From an uncultured Planctomycetales bacterium (lineage in GTDB: Bacteria; Omnitrophota; Gorgyraeia; Gygaellales; Profunditerraquicolaceae), in the NCBI GenBank assembly GCA_964456925.1, contig CAYWCX010000001.1:10800-74799 (forward strand): DNA of 64,000 nt, given 5' to 3'. A program made the translations under genes and the position numbers. The notes beneath the pieces were generated by a model. That model had not been told where the DNA came from and did not search any database. It saw only the letters and a list, made by a program, of their open reading frames with translations. This document shows positions 9,233-19,029 of this stretch, piece by piece (the stretch's first letter is position 1; each line of letters starts with the position of its first letter).

Positions 9233-10489
9233 CTAGAAGTATTCCTGGTATACTTCCCTGACTTTATGGAATGCCTTAACCAGGACATTACGGGGAGGCT
9301 GGGGAGCGTATAAGGTGTGCGCCTGTTCGCGGTGCAGGGACTGGCATATCAAGCCAAGACTGGTCAGGTAAGTGAGATAGCGCTGACCGGAAAGGGAATC
9401 GTAACGGTTGGCGAGACCGGCAATCTCGGGATTAAGGAGACGGCCGAGTTTTATCGAAATACCCAGATTGCTCTCCAGGGATTCCAGGAACCCCTCCAGC
9501 ATCACCGTCCTGCCGACGCAGATAAAATTGGCAACCCTCTGGGTAGGCACCATCTTATCCATTTTTTCCTTGATGGTCTGGCAGATACGTTTTGCTTCGC
9601 GGGTAGTAAGCTCTACTACCGCTTTTTCCTTGATCGGCTTGTAAATGTCGCGTTTCTTAACCAGGATTTCCTTATCCTCGGTTAACCGGTTATGCTCGCC
9701 CACAAAACCGTGCTGGCGTTTAATCTCCTCTGCCAGTTCAAACGGTATTTTGAGCTCGTCCGACAATCTCGCGGTTATGTCATCCCCGCCGATGGTAAGG
9801 ATTTCTACGTCGCAGAACCGGCCGTTTCGGAAAACGAGCATTTCGGTAATATCGCTGCCGATGTCACAGACTATCTCGACCTCTTCGGGGGGGGCGCTGC
9901 CGAATACCGCCGCGCTGGTAGCCAGGCCCGAGAAGAAAAAATCCCTGATTTCGTAACCGGCTTGATTGACGGCACGGGCAAAACTTTGTATACCCGCCAG
10001 TTTCGCAAAGATAAGGTAAAGGTCAACCTCGAGGCGGTGGCTGTAGAGCCCCGCCGGATTTATAATGTTGGTTTTGGAATCAATGGCGTAGCTGTAAGGA
10101 ACGCAATGGATAATCTCTTCTTCAAGGCTCGAACCGAGAATGCGCGCCTGTTCGTTAACCTTATAGATATCAGAGGGGGTGATGACCTTATTGCCGCGTT
10201 CGGCAAGCGGAATTATGGCGCGGCTGTGCCGGCTGGAAATATCCTGACCCGAGATGTTGACCGAAAGGTATTTTATATTTATGCCGCAGGCGGCTTTGAG
10301 GCTGGTCAGGACATTGCCGATAGCCCCTACCAGCTCAATCAGGTCAACCACCGTGCCCTTTTTAACCCCCCGGGACTCCGCGCTCTCCAGGAATATATCG
10401 CTTATGCGCCCCTTTTTAATCCGGGCAACCGCGGCGGCAATCTTGCTGGAGCCGATGTCCAGCGCACAGAGGTAATTACTGTTTAGCAT
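9233..10489 (-). CDS. ftsA: cell division protein FtsA
   Basis: LDIGSSKI actin-fold N-terminus and a C-terminal amphipathic helix (LVKAFHKVREVYQEYF). Follows ftsQ in the division cluster. Confidence 0.9.
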   Translation of the reverse strand: MLNSNYLCALDIGSSKIAAAVARIKKGRISDIFLESAESRGVKKGTVVDLIELVGAIGNVLTSLKAACGINIKYLSVNISGQDISSRHSRAIIPLAERGNKVITPSDIYKVNEQARILGSSLEEEIIHCVPYSYAIDSKTNIINPAGLYSHRLEVDLYLIFAKLAGIQSFARAVNQAGYEIRDFFFSGLATSAAVFGSAPPEEVEIVCDIGSDITEMLVFRNGRFCDVEILTIGGDDITARLSDELKIPFELAEEIKRQHGFVGEHNRLTEDKEILVKKRDIYKPIKEKAVVELTTREAKRICQTIKEKMDKMVPTQRVANFICVGRTVMLEGFLESLESNLGISIKLGRLLNPEIAGLANRYDSLSGQRYLTYLTSLGLICQSLHREQAHTLYAPQPPRNVLVKAFHKVREVYQEYF

Positions 10490-11222
10490 CTTCCTTGAAT
10501 TTTATTACGGGGTCCTTAAACCTTAAGTCAAAGTATTTAATCCTGCTCAGTTCGTTCCTGGTCTGCCGCATAAGATTCTCTAAAAGCTCAACCCGCTCCC
10601 TGATATTATCCTGGCCGATCCTTACCTCCAGGCCGTTATCGGTAACAAAAAAGGCATTAACGGGGTTGGCGACATTGACGACCTTAATATTAAGGTAAGG
10701 GGCGAGCGGCCTTTTCTTAACCTCCCTGACGATGCTGACCGCCAGGCCGAGTTCCTGCACGTTGTATTTTTTACCTATCTTGGGGCCGAAGATTTTAGTC
10801 TCCAGGCCCAGGATAACCGGCAGGGCATTTTCTTGAGGCTCCCCCTCGGCATCCAGAAGCACCAATTCTTCATCCACGCAGAAATAACGGTATAGCTTGA
10901 CGTACGCCTGGGGGGTGCGTTTGACAAAATCCACCAATAAACGGTTGGGCAGAATCCTGATGAGTCTTACCTTCTTATAGGCGGGGTGGAATTGCCAGAT
11001 GCGCCCGGATTCTTTTTTCAAATCAATATTAAAGATGCCCTGCCCCTTGAAATAGGAAAAGTTCTCCTTCTCCCCGCCGCCCCTTACCGCTATCTCTTTA
11101 ATCTTAAAATAATCCAGGTTCTTTAAACCCCGAAACAACGCGGCTACCGTCAGGTAAATTACAACCAGAAACACTAACGCCAGGATTAATTTAAAGGGTA
11201 TTCTAAGCCGCGGTTTTTTCAT
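10476..11222 (-). CDS. ftsQ: cell division protein FtsQ/DivIB
   Basis: N-terminal TM segment plus POTRA-like domain, at the expected position between ddl and ftsA. Confidence 0.8.
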   Translation of the reverse strand: MKKPRLRIPFKLILALVFLVVIYLTVAALFRGLKNLDYFKIKEIAVRGGGEKENFSYFKGQGIFNIDLKKESGRIWQFHPAYKKVRLIRILPNRLLVDFVKRTPQAYVKLYRYFCVDEELVLLDAEGEPQENALPVILGLETKIFGPKIGKKYNVQELGLAVSIVREVKKRPLAPYLNIKVVNVANPVNAFFVTDNGLEVRIGQDNIRERVELLENLMRQTRNELSRIKYFDLRFKDPVIKFKEDAKQ

Positions 11223-12186
11223 ATGCCAATTCCAGTAGTTTAATGCAAAGTTCGCCGAACCCTATGCCGCTGTTGCGGGCTGCCTTGGGTAAAAGACTGG
11301 TGGCGGTAAAGCCCGGGATGGTATTAACCTCCAGAACAAAAGGTATATTATCATTATTCAGGATGATGTCAACCCGGCAACAGCCAAAGCAGCCCAGGAG
11401 CCGGTGTGCCGCCAGGCCTGCCTCTTGAATCTTGAGGCCGACCTGCGGTTCCAGTTCGGCAGGGACAACATACTCTGTGATGCCGGACTGGTACTTGGCA
11501 TCATAGTCAAAGAACCTGTGTTTGGGCACAATCTCGATTACCGGAAGAGCCCTGTCATCCAAAATGCCCACCGTCATCTCTCTGCCCGGAATATACTGTT
11601 CAACCAGCGTCCTCTCGTCAAATGTAAAGGCCTTTTCCAGTGCCTGGCCCAACTCCTCGATTTTATCGATAATGGATAGACCTATGCTGGAGCCGTTGGT
11701 TGCGGGTTTAACTACGAGGGGCGGGGAAAAACGCTGCCCTAAACTCCACCCGGCAAGATAAGAAGATTTTTCTACTACTTCATAAGGCGGCACTGCCAGA
11801 CCCTTCTCTTCGAAAATCCGGCGCGAGGCGATTTTATCCATCGCCAGCCTGCTGGCAAGGACGCCTGAGCCGCTATAGGGCAGCCGTAACCGCTCAAGGA
11901 TTTCCTGGATCTGGCCGTCTTCTCCGAAACGGCCGTGCAGCGCCAGAAACACGCAGTCTAAATGCTGGGATTTCAAAAGCGCGATGTTCTGCTCGACATT
12001 GTCGCTCTGGATATCTATGGCTGTGACATTAAGCCCTAAATCCTTAAGCGCCTCATAGACTGCCATCCCGGATTTCAGGGAAATCTCCCTCTCGGTAGAC
12101 GGCCCTCCCATCAATACGCCGACCCTGCCGAATTTCTTTTTGCTCGCCAGGGCGCGCTTGTGTCCTTTTGCCTTTAATTCTTCCAT
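11203..12186 (-). CDS. ddl: D-alanine--D-alanine ligase
   Basis: MGGPSTEREISLKSG N-terminal motif and an ATP-grasp fold. Confidence 0.9.
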   Translation of the reverse strand: MEELKAKGHKRALASKKKFGRVGVLMGGPSTEREISLKSGMAVYEALKDLGLNVTAIDIQSDNVEQNIALLKSQHLDCVFLALHGRFGEDGQIQEILERLRLPYSGSGVLASRLAMDKIASRRIFEEKGLAVPPYEVVEKSSYLAGWSLGQRFSPPLVVKPATNGSSIGLSIIDKIEELGQALEKAFTFDERTLVEQYIPGREMTVGILDDRALPVIEIVPKHRFFDYDAKYQSGITEYVVPAELEPQVGLKIQEAGLAAHRLLGCFGCCRVDIILNNDNIPFVLEVNTIPGFTATSLLPKAARNSGIGFGELCIKLLELAYEKTAA

Positions 12187-13091
12187 ATCCTGATTTCAGG
12201 CTCTAATGCGATTTTAAATTTATTTTTTACCTTTTTTCTTAAGGCCTGCATTAAAACCAGGACATCGCGGCTGCTTGCGTCCCGGCGGTTGACGATAAAA
12301 TTGGCGTGCCTGCTAGAAACTTCGGCGCCGCCGATTTTTTTGCCTTTGAGCCCCGCCAATTCAATCAACCTTCCCGCAGAATCTCCGGCAGGATTGCGGA
12401 AGACGCAGCCGGCTGAAGGCAAGCTTAAGTCCTGGCTCTGCCTGCGGCGGCAGAGGCGCTCCTTGATAACGGCCTTAACCTTATCTTTATTCCTGCGCCT
12501 TAAATTAAAACGGGCGCTTAAGATTATATATTTGTCTAACCCCGATTTGCGGTAACTGAAATTTATCTTTCCGGAAACGAGGTTTTTAATATTGCCATTA
12601 TAGTCCATAACCCGTACCCTGTCTATTAAATCTGCGATGCTCTGTCCCTGGCGGGACTGGCCGGCATTCATAACCAGCGCTCCTCCCACCGTTCCGGGGA
12701 TACCCGCCAGGAATTCGTATCCTCCGAGATCCCTGCGCACCGCTGCGCTTATAAACCCGGCCAACTTTACCCCTGCGCCTGCTTCAACGGACCTGCCTTG
12801 GAAAATCAATTTTTTAAAATAAGGCGCGCTTAATCTGATAACCAGGGCATTTACGCCCTTATCGTCCACCAGAAGATTGCTCCCCGCGCCCAGGATTAAA
12901 ACCCGCACCTTTTCTCTCTTGGCTAAAGAGAGCAGTAACCGCAGGTCTTCTTCATCGGCAGGCTCGGCAAAATAGCGTGCCCTGCCTCCGATCTTAAAGG
13001 TGACACGGTCCTTGAGGGGCTCAAGCAACCTGAACTTGCCTTTTAATCCGCTCTGCCAGTTCATCGCAACTCTTGACGATATCGCCGGCAC
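12174..13091 (-). CDS. murB: UDP-N-acetylenolpyruvoylglucosamine reductase
   Basis: TFKIGGRARYFAEP FAD-binding motif. The true start is probably the internal MNWQSG near 13064; either start overlaps the murC 3' end. Confidence 0.85.
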   Translation of the reverse strand: MPAISSRVAMNWQSGLKGKFRLLEPLKDRVTFKIGGRARYFAEPADEEDLRLLLSLAKREKVRVLILGAGSNLLVDDKGVNALVIRLSAPYFKKLIFQGRSVEAGAGVKLAGFISAAVRRDLGGYEFLAGIPGTVGGALVMNAGQSRQGQSIADLIDRVRVMDYNGNIKNLVSGKINFSYRKSGLDKYIILSARFNLRRRNKDKVKAVIKERLCRRRQSQDLSLPSAGCVFRNPAGDSAGRLIELAGLKGKKIGGAEVSSRHANFIVNRRDASSRDVLVLMQALRKKVKNKFKIALEPEIRIWKN

Positions 13092-14397
13092 CCAGAATAA
13101 TCACGAGGTCACCGGGCTTAATGATATTTAAGATATGGCCGACAATCTCTTCTTTAGCCAAAAAATGCACTGCTTTATCCGGGCTAGATTGTTTTATCTT
13201 CGCGCCTAAGCCCTTTGCGTCTATCCCCGCAATAGGCTTTTCGCCTGCCGGATAAATATCGGTGAGGACCAGGTAATCCGCAGAGTCAAAACTCCCGGCG
13301 AATTTATCCCAAAGCAGTTTAGTGCGGGTGTAACGGTGCGGCTGGAATACCGCGATTATCCTGTCGGGTTTTAACTCCCGCACCGCGGCAAGCGTCGCCC
13401 GGATTTCCGTGGGATGATGCGCATAATCATCGATGAGCAGGTAATCGGGACTGCTGAATTTTACTTCCAGCCTCCTGCGGGAACCCTGGTAACCGCCGAG
13501 GGCCTTCTTGATTAGCCCCGGCTCCAGCCCTAATTCCAAACCCAGGCCTATCACTGCTAGGGAGTTGGAAATGTTATGCAGTCCGCCGAGGGCAAGTTCG
13601 AACCTTTCTACGAATTTACCCTGCTTAAAACAGTCGAATTGCGAACTCAAGGCACGGAGAGCGATGTTAGCGGGATAAATATCCGCGCCTTCTTCTAAGC
13701 CGAAGAAAATATGCCTGCCTTCATAGCCGGCCAGGAGACCTTTCAGCGCCGGGTCGTCGCTGCAAGCAAAGACGCAACCGCCTTTTTTAGTCTGGTAGAT
13801 GAATTTGCGGAAGGCCTCCGCCTCATTTTTGAAACTGCGGTAATAATCCAGGTGTTCGTAATCGATATTGGTAATAATAGAATAATCGGGATGGTAATAA
13901 AGGAATGAGCCGTCGGATTCATCGGCTTCGGCAACAAAGAATTTTCCCTCGCCTAAAGAGGCGTTGCTGTCAATGTTCCTGAATATCCCGCCTACCGCAA
14001 TGGTGGGTTTTAAACCCGCCTCCAGCAAGAGACAGGAAACCAGTGATGAGGTAGTGGTCTTGCCGTGGCTGCCGGTAACGGTAATCACGGTTTTGTCCCG
14101 CATCAGCTCTGCCAGGGCCTCTGCGCGCTTTTTAAGCGGGATATTGCTCTTCTTAGCCTCTCTTATTTCAGGATTATCCTCTTTAATCGCCGAGGAGTAA
14201 ACGACTACATCGGCGCCTTTAATATTGGCCGGGCTATGGCCGAAGAATATCTTCGCTCCCAAACGCTGGAGTTCTGCAGTAACCCTGCTTTCTTTAAGGT
14301 CTGAGCCGCTTACATTAAAACCCCGGCGCAGGAGCAGATTGGCAATCCCGCTCATCCCGATACCGCCGATGCCGATTAAATGATAATGTTTAGCCAT
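13021..14397 (-). CDS. murC: UDP-N-acetylmuramate--L-alanine ligase
   Basis: GIGGIGMSGIA and GSHGKTTT Mur-ligase motifs. Confidence 0.92.
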   Translation of the reverse strand: MAKHYHLIGIGGIGMSGIANLLLRRGFNVSGSDLKESRVTAELQRLGAKIFFGHSPANIKGADVVVYSSAIKEDNPEIREAKKSNIPLKKRAEALAELMRDKTVITVTGSHGKTTTSSLVSCLLLEAGLKPTIAVGGIFRNIDSNASLGEGKFFVAEADESDGSFLYYHPDYSIITNIDYEHLDYYRSFKNEAEAFRKFIYQTKKGGCVFACSDDPALKGLLAGYEGRHIFFGLEEGADIYPANIALRALSSQFDCFKQGKFVERFELALGGLHNISNSLAVIGLGLELGLEPGLIKKALGGYQGSRRRLEVKFSSPDYLLIDDYAHHPTEIRATLAAVRELKPDRIIAVFQPHRYTRTKLLWDKFAGSFDSADYLVLTDIYPAGEKPIAGIDAKGLGAKIKQSSPDKAVHFLAKEEIVGHILNIIKPGDLVIILGAGDIVKSCDELAERIKRQVQVA

Positions 14398-14404
14398 TAA
14401 AAAA

Positions 14405-15517
14405 TTAGATTAATTCCAGTATTGCCTCGCGAAGCCGCGCTGCAGCGCCGCAAGCGTTCAGTCCCTGATAGTTACGGCGCATCCTCTCCAGCTCGCTGCT
14501 ATTATTTAAAATCCCCCCTAAAATACTGCTGCCTTCTCCGCGCGCGAATGCCGCATCATCAATAATAAAGGCGCATCCCCTTTCGCTTAATACCCAGGCG
14601 TTTGCCGCCTGGTGACTGTAGGCATACGGATAAGGCACGAGGAGCGCCGGGATCTTAAATAACATCAACTCCGCAATGGTAGTCGCTCCTGCCCGGGATA
14701 TTATGAGATCCGCGGCACTGTAGGCATATTGCATGGCATTAGAAAAAGCATAGACCCTCGCCTCCACTGCGCTCTGCCGGTATTGCTCCCTGACGGCTCC
14801 ATAATCCTTATTCCCGCTTAGGTGTATCACCTGGATGCGATGCTTCCGCGCCAAGGAAGGGACTATCTTTAAAAATCCGCTGTTAAGACTATGGCTGCCC
14901 TGGCTGCCTCCGCTCACCAGAAGCGTAAACTTATCCTGGCTTAATGCGAAATAATCCCGTGCCTTTACCTTATCTACCGGTGCCATTTCCCTGCGCAGGG
15001 GGTTACCGGTAATAATTATTTTTTTTTCGTAACATTTAAGGTAATCGGCGGTGGCTCCAAAGGAAAGCGCAATGCGGTTGCTGAACAATGCAAGTAATCT
15101 GTTTGCCCTGCCGGGTATGACGTTCTGCTCGTGGATTAAGGTGTTCCTGCCGCCGGCGCGGGCGAGCAATATCAGGGGCACGGATGCCATACCTCCGAAA
15201 CCCACCACTACAGCAGGCCTGAATTTCAATAACGCCCAGAGTTCCTCGGCAACGCCCTTAAAAAATTTTAATATACTCATAATATTGCCTAAACCAAGAC
15301 TTAATTTAATGGGTGAAAAGGAAACATACCTTAGCGGGCATTCCAAATCTCCTATACGGTCCCTGATGCTGCCCTGCGGTAAAACCAAAAGGGTCTCAAT
15401 CTCCGGCGCACCGTCTTTGAGGCTGTCCAGGAGGCTGAGCGCCGGAAAGATGTGTCCGCCGCTGGAACCCGTCACCGCCAGTACCCTGTTTTTTCCCCGG
15501 CCGCACGATGGTCTCAT
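14405..15517 (-). CDS. murG: UDP-GlcNAc:undecaprenyl-PP-MurNAc-pentapeptide GlcNAc transferase
   Basis: VLAVTGSSGGHIFPA motif. The track ORF carries a 52-codon 5' extension. The likely start is MRPSCGRGKNRVLAV at 15517, which overlaps the ftsW stop by 4 nt. Confidence 0.88.
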   Translation of the reverse strand: MRPSCGRGKNRVLAVTGSSGGHIFPALSLLDSLKDGAPEIETLLVLPQGSIRDRIGDLECPLRYVSFSPIKLSLGLGNIMSILKFFKGVAEELWALLKFRPAVVVGFGGMASVPLILLARAGGRNTLIHEQNVIPGRANRLLALFSNRIALSFGATADYLKCYEKKIIITGNPLRREMAPVDKVKARDYFALSQDKFTLLVSGGSQGSHSLNSGFLKIVPSLARKHRIQVIHLSGNKDYGAVREQYRQSAVEARVYAFSNAMQYAYSAADLIISRAGATTIAELMLFKIPALLVPYPYAYSHQAANAWVLSERGCAFIIDDAAFARGEGSSILGGILNNSSELERMRRNYQGLNACGAAARLREAILELI

Positions 15518-16608
15518 GGGTATTCTCCGGTGCGGGCGATATTCATAAGTATCCCGACGCTGATGATATCGAAAATAAAGGATGAGCCGCCGTAACTTAT
15601 AAAAGGTAAAGGCAATCCTTTGGTAGGCAGTAAGCCGCAGGATACGCCGATATTGATGGTGGCCTTCAGGCAAATCATCAGGATGAGACCGAGGGCCAGG
15701 AAATATCCGAATTTATCCTGCGTGTTCTTGAGGATCTTCAGGCACTCCTGGATAAAAATAATAAAGAGCGTTATTACCGCAATCGTCCCAAGCAGCCCCA
15801 GTTCTTCCCCGATGATGGAAAAGATAAAATCGGTATGCGCCGCGGGCAGGTAAAAGAGCTTCTGTTTAGAATGCCCCAGCCCGGTGCCGAATATCCCGCC
15901 TGAGCCCAGGGAGATCTGGGACTGGATAATCTGAAAACCGCTACCCTTGGGGTCGGACCAGGGGTTTAAGAAAGCCAGGATGCGCATCCGGCGGTAAGGG
16001 ACACTGAAGATTAAAAAGTAGAGCGCCGGAAGGCTTAAGAGCACCAGCGAAAAAAGATAAACCATCCTCACCCCGGCAATAAAAAGCATTATTAAAACTA
16101 CGCTGCCGAGGGCGATTATCGTGCCGAGATCCGGCTGCAGCAGTATCAGCAACAATACCGCGCCCAAAACCATTATCGGCGGCAGGAATCCGCGCCAGAA
16201 ACTTCTGATGGCGCTGCCCCGGCGGGCGATAAAATCCGCGATGTACATAATGAGCGCGATATTTGCCAGTTCCGAAGGCTGGAAGCTCAGGAATTTAAAC
16301 CTGAACCAGCGCCTCGCGCCCGCCACCTCCCTTCCGATATGGGGAATAAGCACTAATACCAACAACAGCAGGGAAATCAAAAGCAGAGGCCGGCAATACC
16401 TGCGGAATCTGCGATAATCTACGCTCATGGAGAGGAATGCCAGCACTATGCCGATGAGGATAAAACTGACGTGCCGCTTCAGAAAGAAAAAACTATCCTT
16501 ATACCTCTCCCAGGCGTAGATACTTGAGGCGCTGTAGATCATCACAATGCCGATACAGACGAGCACCACGGTAACGGCAAAGAGACGGATGCGGATATTG
16601 CGTATCAT
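15514..16608 (-). CDS. ftsW: SEDS-family peptidoglycan polymerase FtsW
   Basis: Ten-TM SEDS protein sitting between murD and murG. Confidence 0.9.
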   Translation of the reverse strand: MIRNIRIRLFAVTVVLVCIGIVMIYSASSIYAWERYKDSFFFLKRHVSFILIGIVLAFLSMSVDYRRFRRYCRPLLLISLLLLVLVLIPHIGREVAGARRWFRFKFLSFQPSELANIALIMYIADFIARRGSAIRSFWRGFLPPIMVLGAVLLLILLQPDLGTIIALGSVVLIMLFIAGVRMVYLFSLVLLSLPALYFLIFSVPYRRMRILAFLNPWSDPKGSGFQIIQSQISLGSGGIFGTGLGHSKQKLFYLPAAHTDFIFSIIGEELGLLGTIAVITLFIIFIQECLKILKNTQDKFGYFLALGLILMICLKATINIGVSCGLLPTKGLPLPFISYGGSSFIFDIISVGILMNIARTGEYP

Positions 16609-16611
16609 CTT

Positions 16612-17889
16612 CTAATTATTTTTGGCAAGCCGGCGCACCGCGGCCTTAAAAAGCCTGCCCCTTTCTTCGTAATTGGCGAACATATCAAAACTTTTGCACA
16701 TCGGCGAAAAAAGCACGCATTCGCCGGGGCTGGCCCGCAAAAAGGCCAGACGAATCGCTTCTTTTAAGCTTGCGGCGCGCTGTAAGGGGATAATCCCCCT
16801 AAATGCCCGGCTGATCCTGGCGCTTGCCTCTCCGATTAGCACTGCCGCTTTTACTTTGCGGCGCACCAAATCCCGCAGCACGGCATAATCATTGCCCTTC
16901 TCCCTGCCCCCGGCAATCAGTATTGCGCGCGAGGCGATATTGTTCAAGGCCCAGGCCGTGGCATCGACAGTAGTAGATTTGGAATCATTGATAAACTCAA
17001 CGCCCCTGATGCGCGCCGCTTTTTCCATACGGTGCTCGATACCCCTGAATTTCTGGAAGACCCTGCGGATTTTATTTTGAGCGATACCCAACAGCGAACC
17101 CACTGCCATTACCGCAGCCTCGTTGGCATTGGCTTCCTTCGCGGCTGAAAAATAAACCACCCGCGACTTTGCCCGCCTCGCGGTCCTTCTTAAAGCCGCG
17201 TCATCCCGGTTGATAACCAGCGCGTCGCCTTTACCCTGCTTCATAAAGATGCACGCTTTTGCCGCCAGGTACTCTTTCATGTTACGATACCTGTCGAGGT
17301 GGTTGCGGCTGAAATTCAAAATCACCGCGACCTGCGGCTTAAAGCCCCGGATGTTTTCCAACTGAAAAGAGCTTACTTCTAAAGATACGTAATCCTGGGG
17401 CCTTAGTTTTTCCACTTCGCCGCAGAAAGGATTTCCGATATTGCCGCAGACGACTGCCTTTTTACCTGCTTCCTTTAAAATTAAGCCGATAAGGGTTGTA
17501 ACGGTAGTTTTGCCGTTAGAGCCGGTGACGGCAATAATCTTAGCCGGGCAAAGCAGCCAGCCAACCTCTATCTCGCTGATAACCGGTATGCCTGACTTCC
17601 TCGCCCATAATAAAGGTAAGGCATCAGGTGCAACTCCCGGAGAAACCACTACCAGGTCACCGCCCTTGATAAAGCCCGGGGAATGCCTGCCCAGTTCAAC
17701 CCGAATGTTTTTGGCTCTTAACTCTTTTGCCTTGACGCGCAAGGCCGGGGTATCCTGATTATCACTGACGCTGACGCAGGCCCCCAACTTGGCAAGCAGC
17801 CTGGCGCAACTTATCCCCGAACGTGCCAGGCCTACGATAGTGACTTTTTTATCCCTGAAATAATCCCTGTTTCGCATCGCAAGAATCAC
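16612..17889 (-). CDS. murD: UDP-N-acetylmuramoylalanine--D-glutamate ligase
   Basis: GSNGKTTVTT P-loop and the cluster position. Confidence 0.9.
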   Translation of the reverse strand: MILAMRNRDYFRDKKVTIVGLARSGISCARLLAKLGACVSVSDNQDTPALRVKAKELRAKNIRVELGRHSPGFIKGGDLVVVSPGVAPDALPLLWARKSGIPVISEIEVGWLLCPAKIIAVTGSNGKTTVTTLIGLILKEAGKKAVVCGNIGNPFCGEVEKLRPQDYVSLEVSSFQLENIRGFKPQVAVILNFSRNHLDRYRNMKEYLAAKACIFMKQGKGDALVINRDDAALRRTARRAKSRVVYFSAAKEANANEAAVMAVGSLLGIAQNKIRRVFQKFRGIEHRMEKAARIRGVEFINDSKSTTVDATAWALNNIASRAILIAGGREKGNDYAVLRDLVRRKVKAAVLIGEASARISRAFRGIIPLQRAASLKEAIRLAFLRASPGECVLFSPMCKSFDMFANYEERGRLFKAAVRRLAKNN

Positions 17890-17895
17890 GCCTGA

Positions 17896-18984
17896 TTATC
17901 TTATCTTGAGCGTAACTAAAGCAAGGAGCGCAAGAAGACTGGCAAGAATCCAGAAACGGGTAATGACCTTGGTCTCCGGCCAGCCCAGGAATTGAAAATG
18001 GTGGTGCAGCGGAGCAATCTTAAAGATACGCTTCCCGGTAAAACGGAATGACCCTATCTGTAGTATTACCGAAATCGCCTCCAGGACAAATATGCCTCCT
18101 ACAATCACCAGAAGCAGTTCCTTCTTGATTAACAAGGCTACCATGCCCAGCGCCCCTCCCAGGGCAAGCGAGCCGGTATCGCCCATAAAAATCGATGCCG
18201 GATAACAGTTAAACCAGAGGAACCCCAGTCCCGCGCCAAAGATACTGGCGCAGAACACGGTAAGCTCGCCGGCGCCGCGGATATAAGGTATAAGAAGGTA
18301 ATCGCTGAACTTGAAGTTTCCCGAGACGTAACTTAACACGGCGTAGGTCAACGCCACCATAATCACGCAACCGATGGCCAAGCCGTCCAGGCCGTCGGTA
18401 AGGTTGACGGCGTTCGAAGAACCGGTGATGACGATAATCACGAAAATAATATAGAATATCCCCAAATTCAGGGAGACATCCTTCAGGAAAGGCAGGTCCA
18501 GTTTGGTGCTGTTCTGGGGGTCAAAAAGAAGAAATATCCCCAAAATCAAACCCAGCACGATCTGGCTGCTGAATTTGGTGCTTGCAGTCAACCCTTTGGA
18601 GCACCTGCCGACGTGCTTCAGGTAATCGTCGGCAAAACCGGTGATGCCCAGCCACAGCGTGGTAAAAACCACCAGCATTATCTGGCGGTTGAAAATATCA
18701 GCCCAGAAAAGGGTCGATGAGATTATTGCCACCAGGATTAGAATTCCCCCCATAGTGGGGGTGTCCTGTTTCCTGCCGTGCAGCTCATAGAGCTGCTTGC
18801 TGTCCTCCTTCCTGATATTCTCCCCGATTTTTAATTTCTTAAGCGCCCTTATGATGAAGGGGCCGAGGACGAGACAGACCAGGAAACTCGTGAGGGCTGC
18901 CATCGCCGCGCGGAAGGTGATATAACGCAGGATATTGAAAAAAGAAATCAGATGATGGAGGGGATAAAATAGATAATACAACAT
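17896..18984 (-). CDS. mraY: phospho-N-acetylmuramoyl-pentapeptide transferase
   Basis: 362-aa polytopic membrane protein with MraY motifs, sitting between murF and murD. Confidence 0.9.
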   Translation of the reverse strand: MLYYLFYPLHHLISFFNILRYITFRAAMAALTSFLVCLVLGPFIIRALKKLKIGENIRKEDSKQLYELHGRKQDTPTMGGILILVAIISSTLFWADIFNRQIMLVVFTTLWLGITGFADDYLKHVGRCSKGLTASTKFSSQIVLGLILGIFLLFDPQNSTKLDLPFLKDVSLNLGIFYIIFVIIVITGSSNAVNLTDGLDGLAIGCVIMVALTYAVLSYVSGNFKFSDYLLIPYIRGAGELTVFCASIFGAGLGFLWFNCYPASIFMGDTGSLALGGALGMVALLIKKELLLVIVGGIFVLEAISVILQIGSFRFTGKRIFKIAPLHHHFQFLGWPETKVITRFWILASLLALLALVTLKIR

Positions 18985-19029
18985 AGCAAGATATTATAGC
19001 AGATAAAATACCAAAAATCCACAGACGCT

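Noticed and set aside
9088-9288. 66-aa ORF inside repeat element C1
   Set aside because: It lies wholly within the palindromic non-coding element and runs into the ftsA 3' end. It has no RBS and is not conserved in copies C2 or C3.
9692-10486. 264-aa plus-strand ORF, plus similar long plus-strand ORFs at 35967-36638, 41337-41960, 15051-15548 and 53880-54353
   Set aside because: All lie antisense to well-supported minus-strand genes (ftsA, ribD, pgsA, murG/ftsW, argS). They have low-complexity Arg/Ala/Gly-rich translations and no recognisable motifs. They are typical shadow ORFs.
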